Part shown: one piece after another, positions 1 to 7,813 of the stretch
How positions within the stretch are numbered: position 1 is the stretch's first letter
Layout of the letters: each line of letters begins with the position of its first letter
Origin: Thermotogota bacterium
Lineage (GTDB): Bacteria; Thermotogota; Thermotogae; Petrotogales; Petrotogaceae
Reading direction: 5' to 3'
Assembly (NCBI GenBank): GCA_051748045.1
Contig: JBNJGY010000057.1
Coordinates: 1-10,545, forward strand
DNA: 10,545 nucleotides
Notes under the pieces: generated by a model
Database searches by the model: none
What the model saw: the letters and a program-made list of their open reading frames with translations, nothing else
Told to the model about the DNA's origin: nothing
Made by a program: the position numbers and the translations under genes

Positions 1-17
1 AAAAAAGGAGCCAATAA

Positions 18-935
18 ATGGAAAATAAAGAAAATTATAAAAGTGGTTTTATATCAATGGCTGGAAAGCCAAATGTAGGAAAATCAACACTTATAAACTC
101 ATTAGTTCATCAAAAAATAGTTATAACTTCAAATAAACCACAAACAACTAGAAATAGTATAAATGTTGTATTAACAGAAGAAGACGCTCAAATGGTCTTT
201 GTAGACACTCCTGGAATTCATAAACCATTGCATAAACTCGGTACATATATGGTAAACATAGCTATAGGAGCATTACGTGGAGTAGATTTGATTCTTTTTG
301 TTCTTGATCCAACTGACGGAATAAGAAATACAGACAGAAGAGTTGCAAAAATAGTAGCACAATCAAATATTCCAACAATTCTAATTATAAACAAAAGAGA
401 TAAAATAAAAAATATGCAAATATATAATAAAGAAATAACAGAAATAAAAGAATCATTGCCTAATTTAAAAGGTGTTTTGGAAACTTCAGCAGTAACAGGC
501 CATAATCTAGCAGAACTAAAGAATATGGTTAAAGAATTGCTACCCCAAGGGCCTCAATACTATCCAGAAGATGTTATTTCAGACAAACCTTCAAGGTTTA
601 TTGTATCTGAACTTATAAGAGAAAAGATATTCCATTTAACAAGAGAAGAAATCCCCCATTCAACAGGGGTTGTTGTGGAAGACTTTAAAGTTAGAGACAA
701 TGGGATGCTTTATATCAGAGCAGATATATATATAGAAAAAGAATCGCAAAAACCAATTATAATAGGAAAAAAAGGTACAATGATCAAACAAATTGGTCAG
801 CTCGCTAGAAAAGATATAGAAGAACTTTTTGAGAAAAAAGCTTTTGTAGAACTTTTTGTAAAAGTAAGAAAAAAATGGCGTGAAAATGAAAACATGATAA
901 GAAATACCATGGATTTCAAACACGAAGAAAAATAA
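18..935 (+). CDS. era: GTPase Era (ribosome biogenesis, KH domain)
   Basis: G1 GKPNVGKS, G2 QTTR, G3 DTPG, G4 NKRD and the KH-domain GxxG loop IIIGKKG. 305 aa. SD AAGGAG at 5-10. Confidence 0.97.
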   Translation: MENKENYKSGFISMAGKPNVGKSTLINSLVHQKIVITSNKPQTTRNSINVVLTEEDAQMVFVDTPGIHKPLHKLGTYMVNIAIGALRGVDLILFVLDPTDGIRNTDRRVAKIVAQSNIPTILIINKRDKIKNMQIYNKEITEIKESLPNLKGVLETSAVTGHNLAELKNMVKELLPQGPQYYPEDVISDKPSRFIVSELIREKIFHLTREEIPHSTGVVVEDFKVRDNGMLYIRADIYIEKESQKPIIIGKKGTMIKQIGQLARKDIEELFEKKAFVELFVKVRKKWRENENMIRNTMDFKHEEK

Positions 936-938
936 TAA

Positions 939-968
939 TGTCCGGGCTTTAAGCCCGGACAATTTTTT
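939..968. terminator. Bidirectional intrinsic terminator between convergent era and oraE
   Basis: Perfect inverted repeat TGTCCGGGCTT (939-949) / AAGCCCGGACA (951-961). T6 follows at 963-968 on +, and an A-rich run upstream gives a T-rich tail on -. Confidence 0.9.
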
Positions 969-971
969 ATG

Positions 972-3158
972 TTAGTCTAAATTTTTAGCTAAATAAGTTG
1001 CAACATGATGACCTTTTGTTCCTCTTCCGAATCCAGCATCCATTCCATTTGCTTTAGCCATATCGTTGTTTATTTGTGTTCCACCAACGATAATTTTTAC
1101 TTTATCTCTAATACCTTTTTCAATAGCTAATTCATGGAGTTTTTTCATACTTTCTACATGAATTTCGTTATGTGTAACAATCATAGAAGCTAAAATAGCA
1201 TCTGCTCCAACTTCAATTGCAGCATCTATCATTTTTTCTGGTGGCACAGAAGTTCCTAAATATGTATATTTTACACCATATTTTTCAATTCCACCATGTT
1301 TAATATCCAATATTTCTCTTAAACCTACGTTATGTTCATCGTTTCCAACAGTACCAGCTACTACTTTCACTTTTCTGTTTTTGAAGTAATCGAATAATTC
1401 TTCTGGTTCCATAACATCAGGTTTTTCTGGAAGTGTTAATTCATCTCTTTTTACATGGAATGGAACTTTAGCCTTTATTTCTACATAAGTTCCTTCGCTT
1501 GGGTGTAAAACTGTTTTTGAAATAACTTGTGGATCTTCAAGATTCATTTTTTTACAAATTTCAAGCGCAGCAGCTTCAGCGTATTCTGGAGTGTCAGGTA
1601 TAGTCATGTCCAATTGTATAACACCATCATGACTCCATTCAACTTCTGGTTTAATTAAACCTTTTTTCTTATCTTCTCTATAACTTGACATTCTTTGTTC
1701 TACGTTATCTGTTTCATCTAATTCGTCAATGTATTGAATTTTATCAGGGTCATGTAATGTACAACCACCGATCAAGTCACAAACGTGATCGAACTTTTCT
1801 TCTTTTGGTAAGTTGTTATAACCAAAATGATTACATACAGGAGCCATGTAATCTTCATCTCTTGGAACGACTGATCCTGCACCAATTCCACCGTCTTTTG
1901 GTCTTGCTATACCGTCACCGTGTCTTTCTGGATAATATCCATTGTCTACAAAGATTCCGTCTTCAACAGCTTCAAAATATCCACCTTTTTCTATCATTTC
2001 TTCAAGCATTAGCACAGCTCTCATTTTTAAATCTCTAATTTGAGGTCTTACTTTATCTTCATTTATTTGAATATAATCTTGTATATTATCTAATGAAACC
2101 ATTGTATGTTTAGCTGTTTCAACTCCTCTAATTGAGTTAATGTGCCAAGGAACGTTTCTTCCTTCATCAGGAGTAATTGTTGATTGAATATCAGCTGATG
2201 TTAGTTTAGACAATACAGTGTTTAAAACATGAACTCTTGTAGCGTCAAACAAGTCTGATTCAATATATCTTGTGTTCATTTGAGCTCTGAATTTATAATC
2301 TTTAAAAACTTCTCTAAGAGTCATAGCGTAGATCAAGTTTATTCTGAACTCTGGAGAAGGAACAGTTGTAGGCGGAACAGTTGAAAGAGCGATATTTTCT
2401 TTCTTCATTCCAACTTTAACAGAATACAAAGAGTTAATAGCATGTTGAACTAAAAGCTCAGGCATAACATTCCATGCTTTTTTTGCAGAAGCATTTGCAT
2501 TATGAGCACCATCAATTTGAAGCATGCCTTCTTCTGCCATAATATGTTTAGCAACAGCAGCATCTACAAATGATCTTATTGGGTTAACACCTCTATATAA
2601 AACATTGTATTGAGGGTCTTGGTGAGCTGCGTTTACTCCTTCTTCAGCGAATAAAACAGCTATTTCAGGACCAGCAACACCAGAAACATATGAGTGGAAG
2701 TTCAAAGGTCTTCCAACTTCATCTTCTATAAGGTCACAAGCTTTTCTTGAAGCTCTCAATTGTTTTCTGGTAATAGGTATTCCACCAATTCCTTCTGGAG
2801 TACCTTCTATTAATCCATCAATATGACTTTGGCCAAGAGTTCTAATAACCATAATGTGGTCAGCACCATGCCAAGCAGCCATTCTCATTCTTCTGATATC
2901 TTCTTCAAATCTACCTGATGCTATTTCTGAAGTTATAACTGCATCTGGTTGAGGGTCGATATTTCCAAAATAATGAGCTGTTGGAAGTGGAATAGATTTT
3001 TCTAAATCTTCTGAAATATCAAAAAAATCAAAATCCCCTTTTTTAGTAGGAGAAGGTAATTTTTTTCTCCAAGTCCAACCTTTTCTTCTCGGTCTGTATT
3101 TATCCAAATCTTTCATTATGTTATCTATATCTAAATTTTTATTAGGGTCTAATTTCAT
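972..3158 (-). CDS. oraE: D-ornithine 4,5-aminomutase, large (E/beta) subunit; AdoCbl- and PLP-dependent
   Basis: 728 aa. N-terminal TIM-barrel motifs (EIASGRFEEDIRRMRMAAWHGADHIMVIR). C-terminal B12 base-off motif DEHNVG followed by DIKHGG, carrying the PLP-binding Lys as in clostridial OraE. ATGA overlap with oraS. Confidence 0.96.
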   Translation of the reverse strand: MKLDPNKNLDIDNIMKDLDKYRPRRKGWTWRKKLPSPTKKGDFDFFDISEDLEKSIPLPTAHYFGNIDPQPDAVITSEIASGRFEEDIRRMRMAAWHGADHIMVIRTLGQSHIDGLIEGTPEGIGGIPITRKQLRASRKACDLIEDEVGRPLNFHSYVSGVAGPEIAVLFAEEGVNAAHQDPQYNVLYRGVNPIRSFVDAAVAKHIMAEEGMLQIDGAHNANASAKKAWNVMPELLVQHAINSLYSVKVGMKKENIALSTVPPTTVPSPEFRINLIYAMTLREVFKDYKFRAQMNTRYIESDLFDATRVHVLNTVLSKLTSADIQSTITPDEGRNVPWHINSIRGVETAKHTMVSLDNIQDYIQINEDKVRPQIRDLKMRAVLMLEEMIEKGGYFEAVEDGIFVDNGYYPERHGDGIARPKDGGIGAGSVVPRDEDYMAPVCNHFGYNNLPKEEKFDHVCDLIGGCTLHDPDKIQYIDELDETDNVEQRMSSYREDKKKGLIKPEVEWSHDGVIQLDMTIPDTPEYAEAAALEICKKMNLEDPQVISKTVLHPSEGTYVEIKAKVPFHVKRDELTLPEKPDVMEPEELFDYFKNRKVKVVAGTVGNDEHNVGLREILDIKHGGIEKYGVKYTYLGTSVPPEKMIDAAIEVGADAILASMIVTHNEIHVESMKKLHELAIEKGIRDKVKIIVGGTQINNDMAKANGMDAGFGRGTKGHHVATYLAKNLD

Positions 3159-3526
3159 TTATTGTCACCACCTTTGAAAATTCTGTCAACTTCATCCCAA
3201 AGTTGGCCATCAACCATTTTTTCACCTGTTTCTTTAATTGACATGTTGTTTTCTTTAGCGACTTTCCAAACAATATGCCCTGCTCCCTTTGAAAGTAAAT
3301 GTTTTTCAAAAATTTTGTTCACCAAAACTTTAGCTTGCATTGAATTGAATCCCATTCTTAAAAGAACAGATCTTTCTATTGATTGGGAAGTATTTTTAGA
3401 AGCCATATCTACCATAGGATCAACGACTTTTCCTACCAATTCCCAAAAGTATTTGTCCAATTCTTCATCTGACATACCTTGAAGTTTTTTTGATCTTACT
3501 TCAAAATCATCTTTTCTGGGTTCCAT
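3155..3526 (-). CDS. oraS: D-ornithine 4,5-aminomutase, small (S/alpha) subunit
   Basis: 123 aa with RKDDFEVR...FWEL...SIERSVLLRMGF...KGAGH, typical of OraS. SD GAGGAGG upstream. Translationally coupled to oraE. Confidence 0.94.
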   Translation of the reverse strand: MEPRKDDFEVRSKKLQGMSDEELDKYFWELVGKVVDPMVDMASKNTSQSIERSVLLRMGFNSMQAKVLVNKIFEKHLLSKGAGHIVWKVAKENNMSIKETGEKMVDGQLWDEVDRIFKGGDNK

Positions 3527-3541
3527 ACTATGCCCTCCTCT

Positions 3542-4945
3542 TTATTTTAATTCATTAATTATATTTTTGATTTCTTCTACTGTACTTCTGATATCTTCTG
3601 CGATAAACTCAAGTTCCTTTTGAGTAAACTCTTCTTTTTTGTCTCTTTTTAGCAATTGTTTTACGTAAGATTTTTTCATATCATCTATTTTGAATTCCAT
3701 ATAGCTTATTTGTGAAGGATGTTCTGGGATAACTATTTTTTTACCTGGTTCATTTTCTTTTGGATCACCTTTTTTGACTTCAACACCATTTTCTTTAGCA
3801 AAAGTCAATTGTGCAGAAGGTAATTTTCCAGCTCCTGTGTATTCTGTTTCATTAACAACTATTACCTTGTCTTCGTCCATTTCTTGTGCTAATGCAAAAG
3901 CTGCAGTTAAAGAAGTGTTTCCAGCAGGGCCCCTTTGCATTCCTTCTAAATTAGCCAAAGCTTCAGTCATATAAAAAACTTCGCCTTGAGTTACGAGTAA
4001 ATATCTATCCATATATCTCAAAACTCTTGCAGCATTTCTTGGTACATCTGATCTATCTGGGTAAACAGCGAATGGAATACCAAAACCTGTGTGTCCTGTT
4101 GTAAATGATTTTTTGTTGAAATCTATGTCAGAAGCCATGTGAAGTCCTCTTAAATCAACACTCGCTCCTATAACTTCTGTATTTTTTGCTCCTGCTTTTA
4201 AAAGTCCTCTTGCTGTTCCTGTTGTAATTCCTCCACCAGCGTGAGTACTAATAACAACATCTGGAAACTTTCCTGTCATTTCTCTAGTTTGATGAGCTAT
4301 TTCCCATCCAAGAGTTTCTACTCCTGCAATACCAAAAGGAGTGTATAGAGATGCATTGAAATAATGTGTATCTTCTAAAAGCATTAAAAAGTAATAGAAA
4401 AGTTCTGGTCCTACGGTAATTTGAACAACTTCAGAACCATAAGCTTCACAAGCTCTTGCTTTTTCAAGGATTTCTGGTTGTCCAATACCTCTTGAATCTT
4501 GACATTCTTGAACAATTATTGATCTCAAGCCCCTTTTTGCTGCTTGAGAAGCGACAGCTGCACCATAATTCCCACTTGTAGCAGCCATTATTCCTTTATA
4601 TCCCATTTCTTTTGCTCTATGAGCAGACACTGAAGCTCTTCTATCTTTATAAGAGCCTGAAGGATTCTTTTCCTCATCCTTAATAAAAATTCTTGCGCCT
4701 TTTCCTTTTGGAGAAAGTTTTTTTACTAAAGCATTTATGTTTTTAAGTTCTACTAAAGGAGTGTTTCCAACTCCAGTTTCAAGTTGTAAATCTCTAACTT
4801 GTTCAAGGTTGTATCCTGCATCTTCCATCATTTTTTCATAATCAAAAGCGAGCCCTTCTATTTCATATTTTGAATAATCAACGCCAACTGATTTTTTCAT
4901 GATGTCATTTTTTCTGTTCATTATTGTATTATATGATTTATCCAT
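3542..4945 (-). CDS. ortB: 2-amino-4-ketopentanoate thiolase, beta subunit (PLP fold type II)
   Basis: GNTPL...KNPSGSYKDRRA (PLP Lys), ATSGNYG, and a Gly-rich loop HAGGG. The start is placed at ATG 4945 (MDKSY, 467 aa) because AAGGTGA lies just upstream; the ORF-track GTG at 4954 falls inside that SD. Overlaps the ortA stop by 8 nt. Confidence 0.93.
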   Translation of the reverse strand: MDKSYNTIMNRKNDIMKKSVGVDYSKYEIEGLAFDYEKMMEDAGYNLEQVRDLQLETGVGNTPLVELKNINALVKKLSPKGKGARIFIKDEEKNPSGSYKDRRASVSAHRAKEMGYKGIMAATSGNYGAAVASQAAKRGLRSIIVQECQDSRGIGQPEILEKARACEAYGSEVVQITVGPELFYYFLMLLEDTHYFNASLYTPFGIAGVETLGWEIAHQTREMTGKFPDVVISTHAGGGITTGTARGLLKAGAKNTEVIGASVDLRGLHMASDIDFNKKSFTTGHTGFGIPFAVYPDRSDVPRNAARVLRYMDRYLLVTQGEVFYMTEALANLEGMQRGPAGNTSLTAAFALAQEMDEDKVIVVNETEYTGAGKLPSAQLTFAKENGVEVKKGDPKENEPGKKIVIPEHPSQISYMEFKIDDMKKSYVKQLLKRDKKEEFTQKELEFIAEDIRSTVEEIKNIINELK

Positions 4946-5249
4946 TATTTTCACCTTCTTCGAGAATATCCCAAAGACTATTTCCTATTTCTAGTAATTC
5001 TGGAATAGGTTTTCCAAAATTATGTTCATAAATAGGGTTAACTTCTCTCAAAGTACCTTCAACTATTCTTCCTACATTTGTTCTTATCTTAACTTTATCT
5101 CCGATACTGGCTTTTTCATCTTCTAAAAAACCTTTAATTCTTATTTCAAGAGGTACTTTTTTAGTTTCTTCTGGTAAATGTTCAGCTCTTTGGTCAGGTT
5201 CTAATGCAATAAAATGAATTTGAACCCAATCACCTTTTCTAGCTGTCAT
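4938..5249 (-). CDS. ortA: 2-amino-4-ketopentanoate thiolase, alpha subunit
   Basis: 103 aa with KGDWVQIH...RAEHLPEETKKVPLE...KGFL...NPIYEHNFG, typical of OrtA. SD GGAGGTGA at 5254-5261. Lies immediately upstream of ortB. Confidence 0.93.
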   Translation of the reverse strand: MTARKGDWVQIHFIALEPDQRAEHLPEETKKVPLEIRIKGFLEDEKASIGDKVKIRTNVGRIVEGTLREVNPIYEHNFGKPIPELLEIGNSLWDILEEGENNG

Positions 5250-5266
5250 TTTTTCACCTCCAAAAA

Positions 5267-5881
5267 TTATAAATCTAAAAATAATTCTCCACGATTTTCT
5301 TTAACAAATCTTTCTATAAACATATTTGAAAATGCTATTTTTTCATCATAAATTTTCACTGAAATATCATAATTTAATAACTTTCTATGTTTATTCAATA
5401 AATCCTTATATTCATTAGAAGTCCAAAACTCAATCATGTTATCGAGATTTTGTTTTCTATATCTGTTATAAGATATTCCCAGCCATATATCTAGTGAACC
5501 AAAATGATCGACTAAATCTGCATCTTGAATTATCTTAACATAAAAAGGAAAATCATCTTGTTTTTTTCTTTGATTATGAAAATATATCATTTCATATATA
5601 TAATTCAATTCATCTTCTGAACAATGTTCTTTCATTAGTTTTTTTGATATAGTAGCCCCCATTTCATTATGTTTTGGAAAAACTTTTCCAACATCATGAA
5701 ACACTCCAGCCACATAGATCAAATCATCTATTCTATCATCTTCTTTAATAGCCTCTCTTAATCTTAAGGCTATTTTTGCTGTTCTTAAACCATGATGATA
5801 TACAAAACCTTTATCTCTTTCTGGATGAGAGTTTAAATTATATAAATACTGTTGAGCTATATTGTTAGCAATTTCTCTCAT
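5267..5881 (-). CDS. HD-domain metal-dependent phosphohydrolase family protein, substrate unknown
   Basis: Motif series YHHGLR / FHDVGK / HNEMGA / YFHN / QDADLVDH (H-HD-H-H-D). SD AAGGAG at 5889-5894 is 7 nt from ATG 5881 but only 1 nt from ATG 5887, so 5881 is preferred (204 aa). Confidence 0.88.
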   Translation of the reverse strand: MREIANNIAQQYLYNLNSHPERDKGFVYHHGLRTAKIALRLREAIKEDDRIDDLIYVAGVFHDVGKVFPKHNEMGATISKKLMKEHCSEDELNYIYEMIYFHNQRKKQDDFPFYVKIIQDADLVDHFGSLDIWLGISYNRYRKQNLDNMIEFWTSNEYKDLLNKHRKLLNYDISVKIYDEKIAFSNMFIERFVKENRGELFLDL

Positions 5882-5900
5882 AATCATACTCCTTATTCAC

Positions 5901-5930
5901 AAAAAACCCACCCAGTGTAAAAGGGTGGGT
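5901..5930 (-). terminator. Intrinsic terminator immediately after ord, inside the cluster
   Basis: Minus strand reads ACCCACCC-TTTTACACT-GGGTGGGT-TTTTT: 8-bp GC-rich stem, 9-nt loop, U-tract. Begins 14 nt after the ord stop. Confidence 0.8.
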
Positions 5931-5944
5931 AATTTATTAAATTA

Positions 5945-6961
5945 TTAGTATAATTCACCAATTAAAGCTCTAGGAATAGGTAAGTCTGCCATAGTCATTA
6001 AGCCTTCTGGTCCTTCAATGACATTTGGGATCATATTTGTTGCAACTGCCATTGTACCTTTCCCACCAGGTATTTCAGGTTTTATAGCAAGAGACAAATC
6101 AGGATTACCTTTTATCCAAACATAATCTCCTGTATCAACCTCTTCCAGTTCAGGTAAAACTTGTTGTGGATGTTCTAGTTCAATGAGTAATTCATCATTC
6201 ATATAAGCTTTTGCTATATGTCTACAACCAGCAACCATACCTGGTTCTACTTTCACGTATTTAGTTTCTCTTGAAACGTTAGAAACTATTGGTTCTCTAG
6301 TTTGATCAATTCTGTCTATATTCCAACCCATTGCTTCAGCTATCATGTATATTGATTCTTCAAAACCAATGTGTCCGACAATTGTTCCATCTGCAATACC
6401 TTTTTCAAATTCTTCAACTGTTGTTCCTACACCTTGTGTTTCCATAACTGTAGGACCAAAAGGTGATAAGTCATTAATTCTTGCAGCTTTTATTTTTTTA
6501 ACGTTTAGAGCTGCGCCAGTTAAAGCGATAATCAAAGTATCTAAAACGAAACCTGGGTTAACGCCAGTTCCTAAAACAGTTACACCATGTCTTCTAGCTA
6601 AATTATCTATTTCTTCAGCTGCATCTGGATGTGTGTGGAAAGGATGTGCCATTTCTTCTGCAATAGTAACGATATTAACGTTTTTCTTAATTACAGATAA
6701 TATTTGGTCTTTAACTACATCTACGAAAGAATGAGTTGCTATAACCACTAAATCAGGGTTAGTTTCATCTATCATTTCCATAGGATTGTCATGTACTTTA
6801 ACATCAATTTTTTCAAGACCTAACAATTCACCTACGTCTTTACCTGTATACTCTCTTCTCATGTCGTGAACTCCTACCAACTTGAGTTCATATTTACTTA
6901 AAATGCTTCTTGCAATTCCGCTACCCATTGCTCCAAAACCCCATAAGGCTATCCTGTACAT
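5945..6961 (-). CDS. ord: 2,4-diaminopentanoate dehydrogenase
   Basis: 338 aa. Rossmann motif WGFGAMGSG, plus [18 protein letters not shown] and GHIGF. SD GGGAGG at 6970-6975. First gene of the ort/ora cluster. Confidence 0.93.
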   Translation of the reverse strand: MYRIALWGFGAMGSGIARSILSKYELKLVGVHDMRREYTGKDVGELLGLEKIDVKVHDNPMEMIDETNPDLVVIATHSFVDVVKDQILSVIKKNVNIVTIAEEMAHPFHTHPDAAEEIDNLARRHGVTVLGTGVNPGFVLDTLIIALTGAALNVKKIKAARINDLSPFGPTVMETQGVGTTVEEFEKGIADGTIVGHIGFEESIYMIAEAMGWNIDRIDQTREPIVSNVSRETKYVKVEPGMVAGCRHIAKAYMNDELLIELEHPQQVLPELEEVDTGDYVWIKGNPDLSLAIKPEIPGGKGTMAVATNMIPNVIEGPEGLMTMADLPIPRALIGELY

Positions 6962-7006
6962 TTTTCATTCCTCCCTTGTTTTCTGAAATTTTTTTCATAT
7001 ACTACA

Positions 7007-7036
7007 ATCATACAACTAAAAGTGAATTTTTTCCAA
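7007..7036 (-). promoter_or_regulatory. Candidate sigma70 promoter for ord
   Basis: Minus strand TTGGAA (7036-7031), 18-nt spacer, TATGAT (7012-7007), about 45 nt upstream of the ord start. The AT-rich context weakens the call. Confidence 0.45.
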
Positions 7037-7064
7037 TATGAGATTGAGTATTTTAAATAAGAAT

Positions 7065-7102
7065 AAGCCATATAATCGCTTTATATAGCGATTATATGGC
7101 TT
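7065..7102 (-). terminator. Perfect 16-bp hairpin, probable terminator of the upstream hypothetical gene
   Basis: AAGCCATATAATCGCT-ttatat-AGCGATTATATGGCTT, 13 nt after the TAG at 7116-7118. The minus-strand tail is T-rich but interrupted (TTATTCTTATTT). Confidence 0.7.
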
Positions 7103-7115
7103 TAATTTCAAATGA

Positions 7116-7706
7116 CTAATTATTAATAAATCCATTCTTTAATAAATAATACTTTGATATTTCTTTAATTCTTTCATCTTGGCTTAATGTTTTCAAAATC
7201 TCTTCAAATCCATCATTAGAGAGGTTTTGGAAATTGATTAAGTCTATAAAACCAGCTTTTTCAGGGCCAATATTCACGTATATTCTTGCATAACCAAACT
7301 TTTCCCACAAATTCAAATTGATCAAAAAATCATCTGCAACCTCTTTTATTAGGTTATCTATTTTAATAGATCTCTTTTCTATAATATCTTTTGACGTCAA
7401 TATCATTTTCAACATATCTATTAAAAAATCTTCTCCGTATTTTTTTGTTATTATATCATTTCTAAAATAAGTATTGTCTTCATCAAAATCAAAAAAAGTT
7501 CCTTCATCATCTAAAACTGCGTATGATGGGATAATAGTGAAATTTGTTGTTATGTTTAAAATCTCTTTCAATTCGTCTATATTCTTAAATTCTTTTCTAA
7601 ATTTATTTATACCCTCTTTTTCATAAAATTCAAAACCATGTTCTCCTAAAAATTCAACCTGGTTATCTGCTAAATCATCTAAATAATAAGCTATATAAGT
7701 TTTGAT
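7116..7706 (-). CDS. Hypothetical protein (~196 aa), probable non-canonical start
   Basis: The frame stays open upstream of the ORF-track TTG (7571) to a TAA at 7719-7721. SD AAGGAGGT at 7713-7720 is followed by in-frame ATA (7709) and ATC (7706), then KTYIAYYLDDLADNQVEFLGEHGFEF. No recognised family. Confidence 0.7.
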   Translation of the reverse strand: MKTYIAYYLDDLADNQVEFLGEHGFEFYEKEGINKFRKEFKNIDELKEILNITTNFTIIPSYAVLDDEGTFFDFDEDNTYFRNDIITKKYGEDFLIDMLKMILTSKDIIEKRSIKIDNLIKEVADDFLINLNLWEKFGYARIYVNIGPEKAGFIDLINFQNLSNDGFEEILKTLSQDERIKEISKYYLLKNGFINN

Positions 7707-7813
7707 TATAAAACCTCCTTAATAAAATCACAGAGTAATTTTGACTTCTATTTGATAGTTGGTTAGTTGTTGGTGGTTGTTTGTAAAACAGTTATCGAAA
7801 ATTGTTGTGTGTG

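Noticed and set aside
660..962. 100-aa minus-strand ORF
   Set aside because: Antisense shadow of era that starts inside the terminator hairpin, with no SD and Phe-rich composition from A-rich codons.
1685..2038. 117-aa plus-strand ORF
   Set aside because: Antisense to oraE, with no recognisable motif or SD.
3155..3158. TGA at the end of oraS as a selenocysteine or readthrough site
   Set aside because: Ordinary ATGA stop/start overlap. OraS is full length and oraE is in another frame with its own SD-like GGTGGTG.
3162..3482. 106-aa plus-strand ORF
   Set aside because: Antisense shadow of oraS.
3774..3974. 66-aa plus-strand ORF
   Set aside because: Antisense shadow of ortB.
6345..6734. 129-aa plus-strand ORF
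   Set aside because: Antisense shadow of ord, with the Ser/Thr/Pro-rich composition typical of reverse frames.
6962..7115. Cobalamin or amino-acid riboswitch ahead of the B12-dependent cluster
   Set aside because: The region is short and AT-rich, with no B12-box, T-box or lysine-riboswitch motifs. The only clear structure is one simple hairpin.
7705..7710. TATAAT on the minus strand as a promoter -10
   Set aside because: No usable -35 or TG extension, and it lies directly after a perfect SD, so it is better explained as the translation start region.
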